Origin: Minisyncoccota bacterium
GTDB lineage: Bacteria; Patescibacteriota; Microgenomatia; UBA1400; PJMF01
Direction of reading: 5' to 3'
Assembly: GCA_003173865.1 (NCBI GenBank)
Contig: PJMF01000019.1
Coordinates: forward strand, 6,381-70,380
Length of the DNA stretch: 64,000 nucleotides
Translations under genes and position numbers: made by a program
Shown: positions 58,440 through 64,000 of the stretch, one piece after another
How the letters are laid out: every line of letters begins with the position of its first letter
Position numbering within the stretch: position 1 is the stretch's first letter
Notes under the pieces: generated by a model
What the model saw: only the letters and a program-made list of their open reading frames with translations
Told to the model about the DNA's origin: nothing
Databases searched by the model: none

Positions 58440-58663
58440 CTATATAGTTCGAGCAGAAACACCTTACTGTATTTCAATTATGGTTTTTCGAGTCCTAACG
58501 TGACTGACTCACCGCTATCAGTTGTCACAAGTTATAAACCCGTTCATTGTTGGCACTACGTCACACACTAAGCTGTAATCCAGTTCGAGAATAGAATCGG
58601 TTTGTCGCGAAGCGGAGACAAAACTTCAACTTTTTGAGCCGCTGGTTGTCTCTATTCTTCGCA
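58440..58663 (-). ncRNA. Candidate structured noncoding RNA in the island
   Basis: Extended -10 TGG-TATAAT on the minus strand (TATAAT at 58670-58675), immediately followed by nested inverted repeats; no ORF >=60 aa. Confidence 0.35.
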
Positions 58664-58742
58664 ATTGGGATTATACCAAGTTTGATGAGAAGTTGCTTTA
58701 CGCTAACTATCAACGACCTCAAGTTTATGCGGATTATGTTTA

Positions 58743-59444
58743 CTAAACTCCAAAGATACGACTAATAAAGTCTCTATTTTTTATTTTGTCTTCGGGATGC
58801 TCACCGGCTAGTTCCTTTAATTTTATGCCTGCGGGGGCATCCAAAATAAAGGTAATGTTTTTCAAATGATTATCAAGCATTGTGAGAAAGCCTATTGGAG
58901 AATAATGAAATGGACTGTCTTTAGCATAAAATTTATCAGAAAACTTTTTTATTTCTTTTGCTAAATCTTTTTCATTAGTCTTATCAATAATGTCTATGAC
59001 CTTCAAATGTGCGGCCTCTGTGCGGTATTTTATATTCGTTAAAAATAAATCTAAGGTATTACCACGATTTACTATGTAATTTGCTCTTTCTGCGTCAAAG
59101 TAAAATCTATTGATGCTATCTATCTGATCAGGGTCTAAATCTTTAATAAATAAGTGAGAGTATTTAACCCAGCTGTTTTGAGGCAAAATAATTATTTCAG
59201 GGATTTCAGTAGCTTGAGAGCGTATTTTAAGTGCTTGGATGGCCTGTTCAGCATTTCTGACTTCATTTACTAACAATGCAGCTATTTGTTGTTTTTCAGC
59301 GTTTTTCTGACGAGTGTATATCCAAACAGCACCAAAAACAGTCGCCACAGTCGCAAAGCCAACGAAGAAATTTGAGTTAAAAAAAGTTAAGAGAAATGTT
59401 CCGACACCTGAGAACACTACCCCTAAAGCTGTCCAAAAATTCAT
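58743..59444 (-). CDS. Hypothetical membrane-anchored protein
   Basis: N-terminal hydrophobic segments followed by a helical domain; low GC. Confidence 0.7.
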   Translation of the reverse strand: MNFWTALGVVFSGVGTFLLTFFNSNFFVGFATVATVFGAVWIYTRQKNAEKQQIAALLVNEVRNAEQAIQALKIRSQATEIPEIIILPQNSWVKYSHLFIKDLDPDQIDSINRFYFDAERANYIVNRGNTLDLFLTNIKYRTEAAHLKVIDIIDKTNEKDLAKEIKKFSDKFYAKDSPFHYSPIGFLTMLDNHLKNITFILDAPAGIKLKELAGEHPEDKIKNRDFISRIFGV

Positions 59445-59536
59445 AATCTGGGGCAGATAGGAGATATCCTATCAGGAAAATTTTTTATTTTCACAATCCT
59501 TTTTATAGTGATTGTTTTTTGATAAAATGCAAACGT

Positions 59537-60046
59537 ATGAAAATTACTCTTTACATGGCGATAACCATAGATGGATTTATTGCGAAAAGTGATGGAAATT
59601 CTGATTGGGTTTCGCCGGTTGATACAAAAAATTTTGAAACTGCTATCTCAGAACATAGGAACATCATTTTAGGAAGTAGGACTTATAAACAGTATTTAGG
59701 TGAACTGTATCCGGTAAAAGGAGTCAACAATATTGTTATTTCGTCTGATAACACCTCAGTTAAACCAGCAGAAGGTGTTTTTGTTTTGCCTCCAAACCCA
59801 GATCTGGTAATTTCTTTCTTGGAAGAAAAAAGACAAGAAAAAGCACTGCTAATAGGGGGTGGCAAAACAAATGGAATGTTTTTTCAAGCAAACCTTATTG
59901 ACGAAATACGATTAGTGGTACACCCCATTGCTTTTGGGTCAGGAATTAAGCTCTTTGATGGTGTTGAGGTAGAAAGAAATTTTGAACTGACTGATGTCCA
60001 AAAACTTCAAGAAGGGCTAGTCCAATTAAAATATAAAAAATCATAG
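59537..60046 (+). CDS. Dihydrofolate reductase-fold / RibD C-terminal domain protein
   Basis: MAITIDGFIA, LGSRTY, IGGG, LIDEIRLVVHPIAFGSGIKLF. Confidence 0.87.
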   Translation: MKITLYMAITIDGFIAKSDGNSDWVSPVDTKNFETAISEHRNIILGSRTYKQYLGELYPVKGVNNIVISSDNTSVKPAEGVFVLPPNPDLVISFLEEKRQEKALLIGGGKTNGMFFQANLIDEIRLVVHPIAFGSGIKLFDGVEVERNFELTDVQKLQEGLVQLKYKKS

Positions 60047-60048
60047 AT

Positions 60049-60759
60049 ATGGTTAGCACCAACAAACAAGAAAGACAATTTTTGCCAGCAAAAGAAGTTA
60101 TCTTTCAAGGAAAACAGATAATTATCACTGGTGGTGGTTCAGGGATCGGCAAAGCGTTAGCTGAACGCTTTTCTCAGCTCGGAGCAAATGTCACTACTTT
60201 AGATATTGTACGAACGGATCAATTGCCCGTTAGTATTTCTCAAATTCTTGCTGATGTGAGAGATAAAGACCAGCTAGCATCTCAGATAAATAATCAAAAT
60301 GTTGATATTTTGGTTATAGCAGCAGGTGTTACGTCCCAAACAAGTGAACCCACAAATGACGAACAACAATTGATGGAATCAGTCAACGTCACTGGTGTGC
60401 AAAATACTCTTGATGCTTTTGGTAGACTTTTACCCGAAGGTAGCAAAGTTATCTATATTGGTTCCGATGATCCTCCCAAGGCCTTTTATGCAGACACAAA
60501 AAAAAGAGGCGCTCAACTAGTAAAGAATTTTTCTGCCACTCATCCAGAACTAAGCGTTAGATTAGTATATTTAGGCCCTGTAAGAACACCTCTATTTGAG
60601 AAAGGTAAACCTCCTGAGGTGATTGAGAGGATAGCCATGAATGTTGGTCTTTACGAACCGTCTGAATTTGCAGAAGAACTCGTTGATGATCTTGCAGATC
60701 AATCAAATGCCGACAGCAATCTGCAAGAAAAAGTCATGTATAAAAAAATAAAAAAGTAA
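60049..60759 (+). CDS. Short-chain dehydrogenase/reductase
   Basis: TGGGSGIG, ADV, AAG, YADTK, GPVRT. Confidence 0.83.
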   Translation: MVSTNKQERQFLPAKEVIFQGKQIIITGGGSGIGKALAERFSQLGANVTTLDIVRTDQLPVSISQILADVRDKDQLASQINNQNVDILVIAAGVTSQTSEPTNDEQQLMESVNVTGVQNTLDAFGRLLPEGSKVIYIGSDDPPKAFYADTKKRGAQLVKNFSATHPELSVRLVYLGPVRTPLFEKGKPPEVIERIAMNVGLYEPSEFAEELVDDLADQSNADSNLQEKVMYKKIKK

Positions 60760-60785
60760 TGTTGCTAAAACGAAATAAATGAAAA

Positions 60786-61214
60786 TTACTTCCAAAGAGA
60801 AAATTTCTTAGTCAATTCTCGTAGTTGATCGTTTTCTCCAAAAAAACAAATGCCATAATATTCTAATTCTGCCTCTGGTGTTTCTTTTGTTCTTTGTTTT
60901 TGTTCGGCAAAGGTACCAACTGTCATTGTGCTTGTAAAATCATTAAAAGTGATGTTGTTTTCAATCAGGGTGTTGCGCAACGTGCGAATTTTATTTGAAT
61001 TGTCAGCAGCGAGTACGATAAATGGGTTATCTGAAATGCTTTTATGTTCTCCACCATCTTTGTCAAAATAACTATCAAACCTCAAGGGTTCTTTATCGGT
61101 AAACAATGCCGTAAAGCCTGCTGACATATGTGCTAAAGCGTTCATCAATTTACCGGTTTCAATTTTTTTGTTTAATACAGCTACAAATCTATGGGTAGTT
61201 GGTTGATTGTTCAT
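60786..61214 (-). CDS. DUF2000 family protein (PTH2-like fold)
   Basis: VLNKKIETGKLMNALAH, PFIVL, DFT, LEYYGICFFG, LTKKFSLW. Confidence 0.75.
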   Translation of the reverse strand: MNNQPTTHRFVAVLNKKIETGKLMNALAHMSAGFTALFTDKEPLRFDSYFDKDGGEHKSISDNPFIVLAADNSNKIRTLRNTLIENNITFNDFTSTMTVGTFAEQKQRTKETPEAELEYYGICFFGENDQLRELTKKFSLWK

Positions 61215-61304
61215 ATTGGCTATTTTACCAAATTTAGAGGCGTTTTTGGAACAAAAAGCTCATAAATGTATAAGTTCTGCGGGTTTTTATGAAACAATAA
61301 GCAT

Positions 61305-61826
61305 ATGGAAAACCAGCCAAAACCTACCAATACCGACCTTTTGCCTAATGCATACGAACTCTTAGAAGAAAATGACCAACTGTACGTTGATATGCGGGTG
61401 CAAGGCTTTATGTGTAGCAAAATTGCCATTGCAGCCAAAAGACAGCATAGTACTGTTAAAGAATGGTTTGCAAAAGAGGGTCGTCTGTATCGCGCATATC
61501 AGCTTAAAAAAGCAGAGCATAGATATGAGTACAATAAAACACTAAAGGACATGGATAGATTGGTTAAGGAAGGTGCTGTAGATGCCATTTTGAAGCTCTT
61601 AGAGGCCGTCAGATCTCCTGGTATCTCCCGTCCCCAAATACAAGCCGCAACTGACCTGTTAGACCGTGCCGGCTTTCAATCAGTACAAAAAGTTGAAACA
61701 AATCTGAGCTATGATTTAAGTCCAGACCAGAAAGTGGCATTGGATAAACTTCAAGCATATGTGGAATCACTTCCTCTAACTGTACCTGATGCACAGGCCG
61801 GTGGAGTTGCCGGCATTACTGTCTAA
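61305..61826 (+). CDS. HTH protein resembling a phage terminase small subunit
   Basis: HTH-like SKIAIAAKRQHSTVKEW; A..AILKLLE...QIQAATDLLDRAGF..VQKVE. Confidence 0.5.
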   Translation: MENQPKPTNTDLLPNAYELLEENDQLYVDMRVQGFMCSKIAIAAKRQHSTVKEWFAKEGRLYRAYQLKKAEHRYEYNKTLKDMDRLVKEGAVDAILKLLEAVRSPGISRPQIQAATDLLDRAGFQSVQKVETNLSYDLSPDQKVALDKLQAYVESLPLTVPDAQAGGVAGITV

Positions 61827-62224
61827 GCCTGAACTAACGCTTCGTTGAGTCTACAAAATTCAGGTTTTTTCCAAAATGTATAAAGAATCTTCAAATCAGA
61901 GATAATATGTTAAGTATGTACCTGAAAACCAGCAGAGCAAGGCAGTTCCGAGTGAACACCAAGCCATATTGGAGCTGATTACCTGGCTTTTGAAGGTTGA
62001 TCTCTCATCTCCCGAAGCAAAATTGAATGAAACAAGCATCTCTGACAATAATGGTGGTCGGATTTACCTCTAGTTTTTTCCATTTTCTTTATAAGAAGAT
62101 AACTTTTGAACTTTTTTTGTGGTTCGTTGTTTGATATGTCTTTTGAGACCGAGTAATACCGAATAAAACTGAGTGTTGTCTAAAGAAAATAAGATTGGCC
62201 AAAATGATAAAATAAAGTTTAGTT

Positions 62225-63805
62225 ATGGATACTGATGAACCAAAACTTCGCTATGTTATTTATGCTCGCAAGTCTACTGATGATCCTCAACGGCAACTCA
62301 AATCTACGGATGACCAAATAGACGAGTGCCAAAAAATGGCAACGAGATTAAATCTCCATGTTATTGGTAATCCGATTATTGAAAAAAGATCAGCCAAAAA
62401 ACCTGGGAGACGACCTCTCTTTAGAAAAATGCTCGCAGATATTCAGCAAGGCAAGATTGATGGCATTATTGCGTGGCATCCTGATCGGTTAGCCAGAAAT
62501 ATGAAGGAGGGAGGCGAAATTATTGATATGGTAGATGAAGGCTATATCAAGGACATGCAGTTTGTTATGCACCATTTTTCAACAGATGCCAACGGCAAAA
62601 TGCTTTTGGGAATGGCTTTTGTATTATCCAAGCAATACTCCGACAAACTGTCAGATGATGTGACCAGAGGTGTGAGGCATCACCATCAAGACCAAGGTCA
62701 GTCACCGGCCGCAAAGCATGGTTATATCAGAGACGAAAATGGCCAGTATCAACCAGATGGGAAAAACTTTGAATTGATTTGCGATGCTTGGCAAATGCGA
62801 AAATCTGGCACATCCCTTGAAGATATTGTGTTGTACATGAATTCCAACGGGTATGGCCGAAAAGTGAAGTCATCAGGAAAAGTTGTTCGGATGACCAAAC
62901 AAATTTTAAGTGGCATCTTCAAAGATCCTTTTTACTATGGCATTCTCATTCAAGCTGGCCAGCCAGCAGATTTGAGACTTATTTATGATAATTTCATTGC
63001 GGCGATAACTGAGCAAGACTATTTAGAAGTTCAAGCACTATCTGGCAGGAGAATAAATCCATACAAAGGCAAACGCCACACCTATTTACCGCTCCGAATG
63101 ATGGTCAACTGTGACTTTTGTGGCATGCACATGTATGCGGGTGTTTCTGTTGGACATAGTAAAAAGTATCTTTTCTACCGATGTGGCAACAAGTTTTGTA
63201 CACGAAAGAAGAAATCGGTTCGCGCAAAAGTCATTTTTGACTTTATTTACGAGTTTTTTGACGAAGGGTTACACTTTACCGAGGCTGACTACCATAAATA
63301 CTACGGTAGCCTGACAAAAATTACTCAACAAAAAAGAGACCAGTTACAGTTTGATCTGTACAGCAAGCAAGCGTTACTTAAAGACATCCGTGGCAAAATT
63401 AAAGATCTCTCTTTCAAATTACTGGACAATCCAAACTTATCAGAAACCACAATTAAGGTTGCAAATGAGAAACAAGTTGAGCTTCAAGAACAAGAAATAG
63501 AGTTAGAAGCTGAAATAGATAAACTTAAGCAAAAAATGAAAGACCCAGAAGCAGAAAAAATCAGCATTACCCAGTTTTTGAACTTATCAAAAAATGCCGC
63601 TACGATCGTCAAATCAGGCGATGTGGTGGTCAAAGATGCTATTTCCCGAATTATCTTTTTGAACTTTTCTGTAGATGAAGAAAAAGTGGCTTCGTATCGG
63701 CTTAAACCACCATTTGATGAACTGCTCAAAACCCGCTCTGTCCTACTTAGTCGGGGAAACAGGACTCGAACCTGCGGCCTTACGCTCCCAAAGCGTACGC
63801 TCTAG
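62225..63805 (+). CDS. Large serine recombinase (integrase)
   Basis: YARKST (catalytic S), SAKKPGRR, HPDRLARN, recombinase domain, Zn ribbon CDFCG...YRC...C, coiled coil; C-terminus encoded antisense to tRNA-Pro. Confidence 0.94.
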   Translation: MDTDEPKLRYVIYARKSTDDPQRQLKSTDDQIDECQKMATRLNLHVIGNPIIEKRSAKKPGRRPLFRKMLADIQQGKIDGIIAWHPDRLARNMKEGGEIIDMVDEGYIKDMQFVMHHFSTDANGKMLLGMAFVLSKQYSDKLSDDVTRGVRHHHQDQGQSPAAKHGYIRDENGQYQPDGKNFELICDAWQMRKSGTSLEDIVLYMNSNGYGRKVKSSGKVVRMTKQILSGIFKDPFYYGILIQAGQPADLRLIYDNFIAAITEQDYLEVQALSGRRINPYKGKRHTYLPLRMMVNCDFCGMHMYAGVSVGHSKKYLFYRCGNKFCTRKKKSVRAKVIFDFIYEFFDEGLHFTEADYHKYYGSLTKITQQKRDQLQFDLYSKQALLKDIRGKIKDLSFKLLDNPNLSETTIKVANEKQVELQEQEIELEAEIDKLKQKMKDPEAEKISITQFLNLSKNAATIVKSGDVVVKDAISRIIFLNFSVDEEKVASYRLKPPFDELLKTRSVLLSRGNRTRTCGLTLPKRTL

Positions 63806-63824
63806 CCATCTGAGCTATTCCCCG
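63751..63824 (-). tRNA. tRNA-Pro(UGG)
   Basis: CGGGGAA...TACGC-TT-TGG-GA-GCGTA...GGTTCGAGTCC...TTCCCCG-A. Confidence 0.96.
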
Positions 63825-63858
63825 AAGCTTTATTTATTTTTGTCAATGTCAATGATCG

Positions 63859-63940
63859 TGGCCCGGGAGGGACTCGAACCCTCATGTCCAGAGGACGCAA
63901 CATTTTAAGTGTTGTGCGTCTACCATTCCGCCACCGAGCC
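63859..63940 (-). tRNA. tRNA-Leu(UAA)
   Basis: GGCTCGG-TGGCGGAATGGTAGACGC, CAACA-CT-TAA-AA-TGTTG, variable arm GTCC/GGAC, GGTTCGAGTCC. Confidence 0.95.
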
Positions 63941-64000
63941 TCTGCGGAATTTTACCATTAACAAACTTTTCTGCCCATCCACACAATTTTTAGTCCACAA

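Larger units (their letters stand above)
55270..63759. mobile_element. Integrative genomic island (~8.5 kb) at tRNA-Pro carrying a large serine recombinase
   Basis: Recombinase ORF runs into the tRNA-Pro 3' end; imperfect direct repeat TGGTAGGGGAAA (55270-55281) vs TAGTCGGGGAAA (63748-63759); visibly more AT-rich cargo. Left boundary is tentative. Confidence 0.65.

Noticed and set aside
61906-62073. Short open frame (…LELITWLLKVD…) upstream of the recombinase
   Set aside because: No convincing in-frame start; may be a remnant, not supportable as a gene.

Overview
A gene-dense bacterial chromosome segment (genetic code 11). Several traits suggest a CPR/Patescibacteria genome, probably Microgenomates-like (inference): class I LysRS, split transketolase, tRNAs without encoded CCA, and many genes with a -10 box just before the ATG and no Shine-Dalgarno. 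The left part is core: atpA(partial)GDC, greA, lysS, serS, secA, prs, proS, rpsU, pyk and glycosyltransferases. The middle has a TPP riboswitch before an HD hydrolase, an ATP-grasp/ABC/KamA/GNAT/C39 cluster, RND efflux, a CHASE3-PAS kinase, a KimA-like transporter and a GH18-CE4-GT2 fusion. There are five tRNAs (His, Arg, Gly, Pro, Leu). The right end is a ~8.5 kb island with a large serine recombinase integrated at tRNA-Pro. The best candidates for new biology are: (1) a putative beta-lysine/ATP-grasp amide-ligation and export cluster; (2) a class I LysRS fused to a B3/B4 editing domain; (3) an HD hydrolase under TPP-riboswitch control; (4) a promoter-sRNA-terminator unit convergent with a BECR-like nuclease; (5) two unannotated structured RNAs. 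No CRISPR array, rRNA or IS was seen. All protein calls come from motif recognition by eye, with no database searches.
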